A stretch of 29,866 nt of DNA from an uncultured Methanoregulaceae archaeon (GCA_963841015.1 CAWJAX010000001.1:1-29866), one strand, 5' to 3'. Positions 1 through 11,484 are shown, counted from the first letter of the stretch. Notes: generated by a model not told the origin, from the sequence alone. Numbers and translations are program-made.

Positions 1-503
1 AGAGATATACGGTTGATCTCTACTTTGTCGACGGTGAAGCGTATAATTTTGATACCCCCAGAATCGGGGAAACAATATTTAAATAATTTTCACGGTAGAT
101 AACCCGCTTTTTTTATTGTCTGATACTTTAAATCACCAGATCGGAGACCTGATATCCCGAAAGAATTTTTTTCCGGCGATTTTTTCGGATATATCATTAA
201 AACAGAGGTAAGTCTCTCTTCAGAATATCTGTGGACCGGGAGATGAAAATGTAAAGAATTATCGGACGATAGAGGAAGGGACATAAGCCTGTCCCCCTGC
301 CGATTGCGCCGCAGTAGTATATACCGCGGTGGACGTCATCGCATCCTGATTGTGGCCCTAGCCCGGAGTACGAAACCTCTTTCATCACTTTTTTAAAAAG
401 CCTGTAATGCCTGCTCTAAAAAAAACGTTGGATTATGCCTTTATTCTGGGATTTTTTTAATAATTGCAATCTGGATAAATGTCCTATCACAAGTGAATGT
501 GGA

Positions 504-622
504 GGGGGTTTCACCCCGGTCGCCTGTGGTGTCCCCCCATGCGCCATAAATCCCGAACAGGTGTCCGTCATCTGTTAGTGCAGGGGCGATATGGGGAGCA
601 GGCTCAATGTCCTCTTCCCCAT
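504..622. repeat. Structured intergenic repeat family, copy 1 (diverged)
   Basis: GGGGGTTTCACCCC hairpin followed by CTGTGG..CCCCC..ATGCG..TCCCGAACAGGTG..GCAGGGGCG.TATGGGG..CAGGCTCA.TGTCC, which aligns by eye with 25707-25815 and 11880-12020. Confidence 0.75.
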
Positions 623-938
623 CGAACCTGCACCCGGTAATTTCATATCCATGGAAAATGGAATTACCCTGAAAAACCCACGGTAATCTGCCACGTTCGC
701 CTGAGGTCGCGACTCATGTGCCCGTTTTTACCGAGCAATAATTGCTATTCCGGTTTTGCCTTCGCGTGCGGAGGTAAAAGGGATTTTTAATCCGTAAAGG
801 CTGCCCGCCGGTAGATATCCTCATCAGCCGGATTATTTAGTAAAGGACTAAAGTCAGAAATTATCCGTATTCCTTCAGCATAATTCACCGGGACCTGACA
901 GTGACCGCTTAAATACCTGAATGGGGTTCAGCTCACTA

Positions 939-1648
939 TCATCGTATACCCGTATCGATGGAAATATCGAGCCGAACCGTCTCGTTGGTATGGATTGTCA
1001 CGGTTCCTGGGTATAACCCGGAACTCCTTCGTTTCCCTGGTCTGGGACAGCGATAACGTATATTCCCGGATTCAGGGTAACCTTGTAGCCGGTCTCCGGG
1101 TCGGCAGTCACGGTCGTGACAACAATCCCCTCCGAAGTAAAAATGGTAATCGGTCGTGCTGCGTACGCCGCGACAAGCTGGTCGTGGGAGATTGCGCACG
1201 GTTCAACAGGGCAGAGGGGGCCCAGGGTAACCGTGCCGGTCGAGTGTCCCGTCCCGCCCCCGCAGGAGCACCTGAAGGAGGTATAATCGGAATAGAAGAG
1301 AGATCCACCTGGGCTGACACTACCGGAAACAGCGTCTCTGCCAGGGTTCTGTCAACCTTTTTTGTTTTATTGGAGATAAAATGCCCCCAGGTTCCGTCAG
1401 AATTTTTGTAGAGCATCTGCCAGGTATAAAGATCGGTAGAGCGGTCATACGATAGTATGACATATGACCTGGATTCGGTTGCAGATGCTGTCTTTCCAAT
1501 AACATCTCCGTGAGTATTGTACCTTCATTATTCCGGTTGGGGGTACTTTGGTAGTATTTTCGGCAGACTGACTCGAACACCCGGCGATAATCACACTAAA
1601 AATCAGGATAAGAGTGATAAGTGTGCCATACCTGAATTTTTCCATCAT
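939..1648 (-). CDS. Secreted lipoprotein with C-terminal 'GPLCPVEPC...IDTGIR' beta-sandwich-like domain (about 3 frameshifts)
   Basis: Stitched frames read MMEKFRYGTLITLILIFSVIIAGC (lipobox) ... GDVIGKTASATESRSYVILSYDRSTDLYTWQMLYKNSDGTWGHF ... GPLCPVEPCAISHDQLVAAYAARPITIFT...YKVTLNPGIYVI ... PGTVTIHTNETVRLDISIDTGIR*. Frameshifts near 1510, 1240 and 1030. Confidence 0.7.
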
Positions 1649-1956
1649 ACTGGTATCCTTTAACGCTGGAATGTATATGATTTTTATTGAATTTTTACTT
1701 CCCCCCCGTACGATGCCCCACAGGGGTGATTCGTGACGGGTTTTCAAGGACTACCGTTCCCGGATGGTGGGTGAAACCGCGGGAGAATCTGGTAGGGATT
1801 ACAACCCCTAAAAAAACAAAGCAGGGATTCTTCTCACCCCCCCTCCGCTCCTGTCTCCCGAAGCGATCCATCGCAGGGGCATCCGGTCTTACCGACAACC
1901 CGGAACACCCGATCGTTTTTCAGGCAAAGAACCTGGTTCCCGAATGATACAAAAAA

Positions 1957-3347
1957 TCATCTGATGCGGTCAGCCGAATAATTACCCCTGACTTCTCCCC
2001 TGCTCTCGTGCAGCATGAGTGAGGGAATCGGATCCGGTATGCCTTTCTCGCATGCATTCTCTGAAAACGTGTACGGGTATGCCATCCCGTCATAATAACA
2101 CGTGGTTGCGTTATAGACACCATTTCCCACTACATACGCGTTTGCACCTAAGGTCAGATTCATCCCCAGATTTACGTCATAAACTACATTATTAATTATC
2201 GTAATATCGGTATTTCCGGTGGTATCGGATTTGATGGCAGTTTCATTATTGTCCCCCCCATTCCCATAAATGAAGTTATTGGAAATGGTTATGTGGTTGT
2301 TAGGACCGTCAGCAGAATAAAGGCGGACACCCGCAGGAGCCGGTGAACCATAGGGCGGGTGATCAAGGGTGAATAAATCATACAATCCGGGCATGTGCAG
2401 GATATTTTCGTTGATTATACTGTTGGCAGCATATACCGTTTTAACGCCGCACTGCCCCATATTATAAATGAGATTGTGTTCAATCACTGCGTTTTCAACA
2501 TAATCTGAAGATTTCCCGGCAAGGATAATACCATACTGCCACCCGTCATGGACGATATTGTGCCGGATAACCACATCATCACTGTAATATACTTCAAGAC
2601 TATACCCCCCATAGTTTCTGACTTCGTTATACTCAAAGAATACCCCATCTGCTTCTAACATGACAATCCCCACGTTGGGACACCGGGGAAAATAATAGTC
2701 GGTATCCCACCGGAAATTCCTGCCCGGCACCACAATACTTCGGGAGATCCTGGTTTGCCATGTTCCCATCGAAAACTACATGGTGGATCCACGCATGGGA
2801 TCCGACATAATAGTTACCGGTATAATATCCACGGTATTGGGACAGAGCTGCATTATCCTTTAATCTGAGTGTCGCACCATTCCCGGCCAATTCTATTCCT
2901 GCGGGAATTTCAACGGGTTTTCCGGTTAAAATTGTGGGAGAGCCAGTCGGTAAGCTTACCATGTCGCCCCATCGTGCAGCGTCCAGACAATTTTGCAGTT
3001 CTGTTGTTTCATCCGTGCCGTCCCCGGTAACTCCATACTCTGAGGCAGGAATGGATATTTGGTGTGGTCCCCCCGGCACCCTTCGGTTGCAGGGGAGCAG
3101 CGGGATTCACGGGTCCAACGGTCTCATTGTCACGAAAGACGGATTGGTTTACCGTATATGCAAAACCCGTGGCGGGTGCAAAAGGCACACTTTTTGACGG
3201 TGAGGTAATCGTGGGAGTTTCAGGTAATCCCGAATCCGTTGGAGTGGACGATGAGTTCACGGTACTGGTGTTCGTTGTGTCTACACACCCGGCAGCAATT
3301 ACAAGTCCGACCACTACAACCAGGAGAAATGGCACCGTGAGTTTCAT
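1957..3347 (-). CDS. Lipoprotein with right-handed parallel beta-helix (pectate lyase-like) domain, split over three ORFs by 2 frameshifts
   Basis: N-terminus MKLTVPFLLVVVVGLVIAAGC plus a Thr/Ser/Pro linker (3009-3347). YGVTGDGTDETTELQNCLDAA is a pectate_lyase_3-like start (2633-3079). Repeated Asn-ladder strands 'IRHNIVHD', 'IEHNLIYN', 'ISNNFIY', 'IINNVVYD' (1957-2769). Confidence 0.75.
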
Positions 3348-3397
3348 AGAGGGTTCTGTGTACAGGATGTATCATGTTGATGGTGTAATAGTATGTT

Positions 3398-3417
3398 GCA
3401 AGGCACTGAGGCATTGC
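3398..3417. promoter_or_regulatory. Candidate palindromic operator GCAAGGC-N6-GCATTGC
   Basis: GCAAGGC-ACTGAG-GCATTGC lies about 50 bp upstream of the lipoprotein start at 3347. The same arms and spacing occur at 11025 and 21764, with a variant at 25939. Confidence 0.55.
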
Positions 3418-3783
3418 CAGATTTTATTATTTCACCAGAAAAGGTAATCGATCAAGGAAGATCCGGACATAATACACCTGATACACCTTTCATCGGGTCT
3501 TCCGTTTCCTTCTTTCCCTTGTTTTCCCGTGATAAAAACCCGAAATTCAGTAAGTACAAGGCATATACCCCCCTTCGGGATTAAAACCCTTATATCTTAT
3601 AATTCTCCCCTGCGGTGTTCCAAGGCTATACTAAAGGTTACTTTACATCATTGTCTCAATTACCATAATCTGGTGCCTTACTATCGATATTCTCTCTCGA
3701 TCCCTGCACTGAAGTGGGCTGATGTTTTTATCCTGGCAGGGTGTCTGATACCGCATATTCCCGGATCAGACTAAAAAAAGTTA

Positions 3784-4028
3784 ATTACGTAATAAAGACC
3801 CCCCTGTATCGGGTACTATTCATGGAAAAAGACTCAAAGAATCTCATCTATTTTTCAATGTAAAGACGTTCCTGGGGGCTTCGCCCCCGCCACTAGGGCA
3901 TCCCCCACATTGCGATAACGCTGTATTACCTAATCTCATGAAATATTCCGAATTTTCTTGATCGGGCGCTAATTTATCTGGAATATCAAACGCATGAAAA
4001 ATTTTGGTGGCGCCAAATGATGAATCGC
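3784..4028. repeat. ~245-bp direct repeat copy A (contains the left part of the structured element)
   Basis: Near-identical to 10163-10404, e.g. CGCCACTAGGGCATCCCCC..TTGCGATAACGCTGTATTACCTAATCTCATGAAAT...TGGTGGCGCCAAATGATGAATCGC. Confidence 0.9.
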
Positions 4029-4121
4029 CACAAAAAATACTTGTCCCGACCCTGACAGGATACAGGAACCAGAATACTCTTTTTACCCGTACCGGGTTTC
4101 CCCGGGATTAAAAAAGAACCA

Positions 4122-4508
4122 CTAGAGGCTGGTCAAATCCGCCAGCCGATGATAGATGAACGATTTGATGGACGAAAACTCCCTGAGAAAATCCCCGGAT
4201 CTTGGTATATAGACATCCGCACCATCACGGCGTGCCTGGTCAATAAGGGGATCTTTTCCTCTCCCGGAATAGATGATAAATAATCCCTTGTATCCTGTTT
4301 CCCGTGCAGCCCTGACAAATACCCCCCCGTTCATGACCGGTATCCGGTAATCAGAAACGACGACTTCAATGGGTTGCTTTTTTAATACATCAACCGCATC
4401 CCGGGCATCTGTGCATGCGGTCACCGCAAAATTCCCGCTTTCCAAAAACGCCATATTCATCAGATCGAGCATATCACCATCGTCATCAACAAGAAGAACC
4501 GGGATCAT
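4122..4508 (-). CDS. Stand-alone response regulator receiver (CheY-like)
   Basis: VLLVDDD acidic pocket, VVSDYRIPVMNG phosphoacceptor, IIYSG and GADVYIPR. The start overlaps the kinase stop codon. Confidence 0.9.
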   Translation of the reverse strand: MIPVLLVDDDGDMLDLMNMAFLESGNFAVTACTDARDAVDVLKKQPIEVVVSDYRIPVMNGGVFVRAARETGYKGLFIIYSGRGKDPLIDQARRDGADVYIPRSGDFLREFSSIKSFIYHRLADLTSL

Positions 4509-7415
4509 GGTCCGGCCTCAAAAACAGGAGTCCGTTTCGCTTTTTCAGCAGGCAGGGCCTGATACACCCGTAAACACTCTAACGGGACATGGATCTCAAA
4601 CCGGGCACCTTTCCCCGGTATACCGGTCTCTTCAATAGTAAGACCGGTGATTGAAAGAATTTCTTTTGCCAGGAACAGGCCAAGTCCACGGTTCCGCATC
4701 ATACCGGGTTCAAAAATTTCCTTTTTCAGTTCTTCCGGTATGCCTATGCCATTATCCCCGATAATTACGTCCAGTCCGGTGTCTTTTTTTATGCAGGTAA
4801 CAGAAATTTCTGTTACGTGTTTTCCATGGACACCGGGCATTCTCAAAAATATTCCTGAAGACCCGGGTGATCTGGGGATCGGTATAGATCTCCCAGTCCC
4901 CGACATCAAGGGTAAGCCTGACCGTATTTGGATCAATCCATTCAGTGACTTCATTCATGCAGTTTTTAAGGGTTATCCATTGGGGCGGGTTGATGCCAAG
5001 ATCCTTATAATCACGGGTGAACTTGACCAGTTTCCCGATTGCCTTTGTTGAGGTATCCATGCGGTCAAGATACTCAAGGAGGGTGGTATCCTTTGTAAGG
5101 GATTTTGATTTGTCGAGGTATCCCAGCAGTACGGACACCTTGTTGAGGATATCATGCCGGGTCAGGCTGGACAAGAGGTTGAGCTTCCGGTTCACCTGCC
5201 GCAATGCTTCTTCTGCTGATTTACGTTCAGCGATGTTGAGATGTGTTCCGGTCATCCGCAGTGGCTTGCCGATTTTATCCCGTTCCGTTACCATACCGCG
5301 GTCGAGTACCCAGACCCAGTGCCCGTCCTTGTGCTTCATGCGTGATTCAAACGCGAAATCCGCAGCTTCTCCGGAAAAATGCTTCTGGAGTAACTCCCGG
5401 AATTTTTCAAGGTCTTCCGGGTGGGTTAAGGAGGTCCAGGTATCGATGGTTGCCGGTGCAAGCTCCGTTACCGTGTACCCGAGGATCTGCGCCCAGCGAT
5501 CGTTGATGACCATCTCACCGCTCTGCACCCGCCAGTCCCACAGTCCTACTCCGGAACCCTCGATTGCAAGCGTGAGTTTTTCCTCGCTTTCCCGCAATGC
5601 CTCTTCACTGTGTCTGAGCTCCGTGATATCCCCGATGAGCCCGGTAATACCGGTTACTTTCTCTCCTTCCATGAGGGGCTGGGCTATAATCCTTCCCCAG
5701 TGAAGAGTGCCGGATTTATCCAGCATCTCCACATCGCTCGGGCTGAGGTCTCCTGCCTGGGCCGCTTTTAATTTCTCTCCCAGGATATGCCGCTTTTCAG
5801 AGGGCACGAGGGTATAGATATATTTGCCTATCAGTTCTGAAGGTTGTACCCCAGAACCTGCCGGATCACCGGACTTACATAGGTAAACCGTCCTTTGGTA
5901 TCCGTGGTAAATATGATGTGGCTGATGCCCTCTACCAGAGCGCGGTGTTTCTCCTCGGATTTCCGTATCAGGTGTTCCGCCTTGCGCTGTTCGGTTACAT
6001 CGGAAAGAATACAGACAAATCCGCTTGGTTTTCCGGTGTGGTCAGGAATGGTTGCAACGCTGACTTCCGCACAGAATGCTGTGCTGTCCTTTGCAATCAG
6101 CCTGTATTCGTAATATTTTGAAAAACCTTTTTCGAGCGTCTTTTTGAGATGTTCCCTGCTGTTTTTCAAATCATCGGGAGTCACGTAGTCAAAGAAATTT
6201 TTCCCTGCCAGTTCACGGGTGGTTGCATATCCCAGCATAGAGGCACCCCGGATATTTCCAGTCTGAATGATACCTTCAAGATCCAGCACAAGAATGCCGT
6301 TGGGGGACGTTTCAATAATCGTGCGGTAATGCAGTTCACTTTCCACGAGTGCATCATCAGTCTTTTTTCAGGGCTGTTACATCAGAGACTACAAACAGGC
6401 CGTATATGAATCTGCCTTTTTCACCAATACGGGGAGATGCTGACAGCCGGGTATAGGCAGGTGTCGAGTCTTTTTTCAGGAACACGAGCTCAAAGTGCTC
6501 ATTGCTCCCGGTTTTTATCCGGGCAAGTTTCTCTTCAAGATAAGGCCGGTCGTTTGCAGCGGTACAGGAAACAATGGATCTTCCCAGCATCTCTTCAGCG
6601 GACCAGCCGAGAATTTCTGACATCTTATGGTTCACAAATGTAGTATTCCCATCTGCGTCAAACGTCCAGATGCCTTCCTGCGCCAGTTCAATCAGGGTCT
6701 GGTATTTCCGTTCACTGTCTTCAAATGCATTCCGGATTTCCCGGTGACTTTTAATCTCCTTTTTCAAGGTTGTTGAGGTCTGCGTTAACTCTTTGGTGCG
6801 GTCCTGGACAGTTTTTTCGAGATCCCGCTGGTATTGTTTGATCTCGGTGATATCATCGAGGATGATCAGGATGCCCCGTTTCCCGTTTTCCAGGATGCTG
6901 GGAACAAACTTTGCCCGGAAATACCAGGTTTTCCCGTCATTGTTCACCTCAATCTCTTTTAAGATATCTTTTCCCTGCGTACATTCCCTGAGTATGCTGT
7001 CAACATCAGGAAGGGATAGGAGCAGCAGACCTGCCTTGTCCACAGATTTTCCCGCAACATCCTCATAGGTCTTTTTCTCAAAATTCAGCACATGATCATT
7101 GACATAGGTAATGACAAAATCATCGTCAAGCACGAAGAGGTAATCCGAGGAGAGGGACAGGATTGAGGATATCGGGATCCTTTTGGTGAGGGTGTATATT
7201 TTTGCCGACCCGATGACCTTGAGTTCGACTGCTCCGGAAATGCACAGGACGTCAAGATATTTTGCCACGGAATTGCGGTTGATATCGATCGCACGGGAGA
7301 TCTCCGTGACCGTATACCCCTTCGAGCTCCCTTTGAGGAAATTTTTGATCCGGGCGAGTTCCCGGTCATAGGGATGGGTTTTTATCTGTGTAAGTTCCCC
7401 GTTGATACCTTCCAT
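4505..7415 (-). CDS. Winged-HTH / multi-PAS sensor histidine kinase (3 frameshifts; ORFs 6357-7415, 5831-6346, 4752-5807 and the C-terminal part of 4505-4954)
   Basis: N-terminal HTH (YTVTEISRAIDINRNSVAKYLDVL) and five PAS-like units. H-box TRHDILNKVSVLLGYL, N-box VFRNIFENA, G-boxes DNGIGI, RGLGLFL and GKGARFEIHVP. RBS GGAGG upstream of 7415. Confidence 0.85.
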
Positions 7416-7679
7416 GAAAGAACACCCTCCTGGTATTATCTAGAGTATATTTTTCTTAACTTGTATAAATACTTGTAGGGTTGCAAGGCATATAGTATTA
7501 TTCCTATATTTACGCTTTTTATTGAGAATTACAGGATTTTTTGGGGAAATTGGGAAAACCATATTTTTATAACTATGTAAGAATAATGCCCTTTTTCCCG
7601 TGGTTTTCCCCTGCACGTGCTCCATTGGTCAAAGATCATATCAGAATACATATATTCGAATTATTTACATTATACGATA

Positions 7680-8462
7680 ATGAACCAGATAACCATTCCT
7701 GAAGCACTTTTTTTGGGATTGGTCCAGGGTTTCACGGAATGGCTGCCTATATCCAGTTCCGGGCACCTGGTAATCTTCGAGTCACTTCTGGGGATCTCCG
7801 TTCCGGCTGATTTCAATATTGTCATCATGATGGGTACGATAGCAGCACTTATCCTGTATTTCCGTAAGAGAATTTTTGAGTTGTTGTCAGGCATGGTGGC
7901 ATTTGATCGGACAACCCTTACCTATGTCGGATTCATTGTATTGTCAGGAATTCCCACCGGCATTATCGGTTTTGCCGGAAAAGAGTTTTTTATGGGTTTG
8001 TTCAGCCAGCCCTTTATCGTCAGCATCCTGCTCATTGTCAGCGGTATCTTTCTTTTTGTTGCTTCACGGGCAAAAAACCAGGGCAAAGTCGTTGATGCGA
8101 AGAGTGCTCTCTGGATTGGTGTTGCACAGGGATGTGCCATCGCGCCGGGCATTTCACGATCCGGATCCACGATAGGCACGGCACTTCTGCTCGGGATAAA
8201 ACCCAAAGACGCAGCTGAATTTTCCTTTCTGATTGGCATTCCCGCCATGACAATTGCTTCGGTACTGACCTATCTTGAAGAACCGGCTTCCGGCTCCGGA
8301 GTTGCACCGCTGCTGGTAGCCATCATCGCTGCATTTATTGCCGGGTATGCCAGTATCGGCCTGTTTATGAAATGGTTACAGGAAAAGAAACTTTATTACT
8401 TTTCCATTTACTGTGTTGTTGCCGGGAGTTTCTTTGCGACACTCTTCTACCTGGGATACTAA
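7680..8462 (+). CDS. uppP: Undecaprenyl-diphosphate phosphatase (BacA/UppP family)
   Basis: Signature motifs GLVQGFTEWLPISSSGH, PGISRSGSTI and AAEFSFL; multi-pass hydrophobic protein. Start taken at ATG 7680. Confidence 0.92.
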   Translation: MNQITIPEALFLGLVQGFTEWLPISSSGHLVIFESLLGISVPADFNIVIMMGTIAALILYFRKRIFELLSGMVAFDRTTLTYVGFIVLSGIPTGIIGFAGKEFFMGLFSQPFIVSILLIVSGIFLFVASRAKNQGKVVDAKSALWIGVAQGCAIAPGISRSGSTIGTALLLGIKPKDAAEFSFLIGIPAMTIASVLTYLEEPASGSGVAPLLVAIIAAFIAGYASIGLFMKWLQEKKLYYFSIYCVVAGSFFATLFYLGY

Positions 8463-9074
8463 TAATGGAAGAAGGGATCCCAGACTGCAATGATTATCAC
8501 CGAAAGAGCAACCACGAACAGCGTCACCCCGACAAGACCAAAATAGAACTTCTGTGTCTTTTGCTGCTGCCGGGGATCCGGATTCAACAAGGTATCATGA
8601 AACGTTCGATTCCGGTAGAGCACAAAAGCAAGGATCAGGATGGCAATAAAAAATATCCACTCCGTGACCGACGTGAGTTCTGCAAGAATCGCCTTTCCGA
8701 AATAGTCAGGAGTAACGTCAGCCGGGTACGGTCCCAGCAATGGATAATTCCAGGTTACCGGCTCCTTCCACATCATGTCCACCAACCTGGTGGATGAGCA
8801 CACCGAAACCAACAACAAGGAAGGCAAATGACCGGTAATATCTCCAGACAATCAGCCCCACAACGGCAAACAGCAGAACAATACCGAGGCTGTGAAAGAA
8901 GATCCTGCCGTTATCAAGGCTTGAGCTGAAAACAATATGCCCGAGCCCTTTATCCACGAGATCCGGCAGGACACTCCCGATTGCACAGAAGACAATAATT
9001 GACCGTGCATGAAAGACCTCATACAGGATGAACCCGATAATCAGGCCAATAATCAGGTGGCCCAGGATGAGCAT
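8459..9074 (-). CDS. Membrane metal-dependent hydrolase (YdjM-like), 1 frameshift near 8790
   Basis: MLILGHLIIG, GSVLPDLVDK, GRIFFHSL and GVLIHQ, continuing in a second frame as LVDMMWKEPVTWNYPLLGP. Confidence 0.8.
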
Positions 9075-9260
9075 ATACCAATACAATCACGGGTCTGGGA
9101 TTATAAGGATATGGCTTGTGCAATAAATTTGTGTTCAGAATTTTGGAATGATCGTAATGCTTTGCACCGGTGCTTTGCATTTGTTTATAATATTCAAAGA
9201 AAATTATACACTTACCAAATTTAACATGAAAGAATTAGTTCAATGAGGATAGTGAAGATT

Positions 9261-9804
9261 ATGAAAAATGGATTTAAGATAATTATTATCGGTCTGCTCT
9301 GCCTGATGGCGTTTGTTGGTGTGGCGTCTGCTGCTCTGTTTCGATCTGGTAACTGTTCCAAATGACAAATGGGGATGTAATGTGATGGATATACTCTATT
9401 GGTTTTAAGATTGGCGATGATAAGACACATATACCGTTCCGTGAAAAACCCCGAGGATGGCACCTATTATATTGAAAACTCCCAGATTTTTGGTAACATT
9501 GATTTCCATGACGTAACACCTGGGGAGGGAATAAATGCTTTGACTGGTAAAGTGCAAGTTTGATGTTGACAGTAAGTTGTAATAAAGGTGCTGACGCAGA
9601 AAATGTATACGATTATACGAGCATGGTTTCACTAACGTCAGGCAGATAACAGATTTCGCTCACCCAAAATGGTAAACAGATATTAGCCACGTTAATGGTG
9701 TTTCGAACTCCCGCCCCGGAATTCCCCACGCATGGCCCTACCAGTCGGTATGATGATTGGTATTCGTCGGTTTGGTGTACATTACTAAGAAACGTGAAAA
9801 TTAA
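9261..9804 (+). pseudogene. Decayed PEF-CTERM cell-surface protein gene (not in the ORF track)
   Basis: Signal peptide MKNGFKIIIIGLLCLMAFVGVASA at 9261, internal fragment KGADAENVYDY, and tail RTPAPEFPT/MALPVGMMIG/VGLVYITKKREN* across shifting frames. Many indels. Confidence 0.75.
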
Positions 9805-10162
9805 TTCCGCAAATCAATACATTTTTTTATTCATTCTTCCTAGTCAGGTGACGCTTTTTTGTTTTATTGCTGCACTTCGCAATTGTTTTCCTCTGTTAGT
9901 TGTCCTTCTCTATTACGCACTTGATACAGGAGTAATGTAATGGTAAGTTTCTGAAATCAATGAGAAAATGTAATAACTATCGTCAGTATTTTTGGTGCGA
10001 ATCTTATTGGGTGAGAATAGGGAGGGGTTAAGGAGGATTTTTTTTGGTATTGGTCCTCCATCTGACTTCAGTGGTGAGGTATTCTGTTTTGATACCTGAG
10101 CAGAAGATGTATTAGTATATCGCCAGGGAAAATTGGGTGAATTATGAGAAAAAAAATTAGGT

Positions 10163-10404
10163 ATTACTTAATAAAAAACCACCTTGTATCAGTACTATTA
10201 TGGAAAAAAATTCAAAGAATTTCATCTATTTTTCAATTTAAAGACGTTCTTGGGGGTTCCCCCCGCCACTAGGGCATCCCCCCAATTGCGATAACGCTGT
10301 ATTACCTAATCTCATGAAATGTTCCGAATTTTCTTGATCGGGCGCTAATTTATCTGGAATATCAAACGCTTGGAAAATTTTGGTGGCGCCAAATGATGAA
10401 TCGC
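10163..10404. repeat. ~245-bp direct repeat copy B
   Basis: Near-identical to 3784-4028, in the same orientation. Confidence 0.9.
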
Positions 10405-10418
10405 TAAAAAAAACATTA

Positions 10419-10991
10419 TTAGTTCTCTTGGGATTTCTGGACAAAGAGAATAACACCGAGAAGTCCGACAATTAATCCAGCAGGGAGGGCGATGGTCGGG
10501 AACTCCGGAGCCGGGGTTGGTGAACTAACAGGTGTACATGATACTTCGAGGTAAATATCGTTGAAATCGTTATCCCCGCCACCATAAAGGTCTTCAAATC
10601 CAACTTTAACGATATATCCATACTTATCTATGGGCGTTACTACTACATGCTCAATTTTATCCGGATTCGCTGTTGCCGGATCTGAATAATACGTCCTGTG
10701 AGTTTCTGCAGGTGTAATGTACAGGATGGTGTTTTCAAACGCTGCCCGTTTGCCGATATCCCATGAAGAACCTGGGGAGGTTACATGACCTGTTCCCAAA
10801 TAATGTAACGTACCTGGCGGTACACCTTCTACCCATCCAAATGCATTGTGGTAGGCAGCACTTGTGGAAAGATATGTAACGGTGACGTCGCAGGCCGTGT
10901 CAAATTTAATCTGGGCTGCTGATACTGTTCCAATAAGCGCAAAAACCAGAAGAACTACCAGAATAATCCTTTTTCCTTTCAATTCTATCAT
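10419..10991 (-). CDS. PEF-CTERM-anchored surface protein with DUF4114-like motif
   Basis: GAGGAG RBS, then a signal peptide MIELKGKRIILVVLLVFALIGTVSA. Motif VGFEDLYGGGDNDFND. Tail PAPEFPTIALPAGLIVGLLGVILFVQKSQEN. Confidence 0.88.
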   Translation of the reverse strand: MIELKGKRIILVVLLVFALIGTVSAAQIKFDTACDVTVTYLSTSAAYHNAFGWVEGVPPGTLHYLGTGHVTSPGSSWDIGKRAAFENTILYITPAETHRTYYSDPATANPDKIEHVVVTPIDKYGYIVKVGFEDLYGGGDNDFNDIYLEVSCTPVSSPTPAPEFPTIALPAGLIVGLLGVILFVQKSQEN

Positions 10992-11010
10992 ATCTCCTCT
11001 AAATTTTACC

Positions 11011-11044
11011 TTATATAATGAAATGCAAGGCAAACGAGCATTGC
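11011..11044 (-). promoter_or_regulatory. TATA box (TTATATAA) with upstream candidate operator
   Basis: Minus strand reads GCAATGC-TCGTTT-GCCTTGC-ATTTCA-TTATATAA, then about 20 nt to the ATG at 10991. Confidence 0.6.
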
Positions 11045-11165
11045 AACCCTTAAAAAGTTCCGATTACCCTGAAAGATCTGATTTTCCCTGATTGTTATTG
11101 GCGACGAATGGCCGGGAAAACAGATTCTGTATTATCAATGAACGGATTGTTCAAAAACACAAAAA

Positions 11166-11250
11166 TGCGAGGGATGCGATTCGAACGCATGAACCTCTAC
11201 AGGAATGGATCTTAAGTCCATCGGAGTTGGCCGGGCTTTCCTACCCTCGC
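11166..11250 (-). tRNA. tRNA-Leu (anticodon UAA)
   Basis: Acceptor GCGAGGG/CCCTCGC+A, anticodon arm ATGGA-CTTAAGA-TCCAT, long variable arm and T arm ATGCG-TTCGAAT-CGCAT; 85 nt. Confidence 0.93.
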
Positions 11251-11484
11251 AAATACGCACTATTTTGAAATTGCTGTCTGAACCCGCATGGCCGGTACCA
11301 TAAACCCGGCTGAGCGAACCTGACGCTCTGAACTATTGTCCGTACAACTAAAAAAAAAGATTGCTTCTGGTATCGCTTCATTTTTTAAAAAGAACTAACC
11401 TGATGCAGTATACTCTCATAATTTTGTTGATTTTTGGTACAATTGATTCCTGGTAAAAAATGCGATTTTTGTTGAACGGGAATT

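Noticed and set aside
90-388. Short ORFs 90-284 and 197-388
   Set aside because: No recognisable motif or homology within the window.
1-11165. Island integrated at the 3' end of tRNA-Leu
   Set aside because: No duplicated tRNA 3' end and no integrase are visible in the window.
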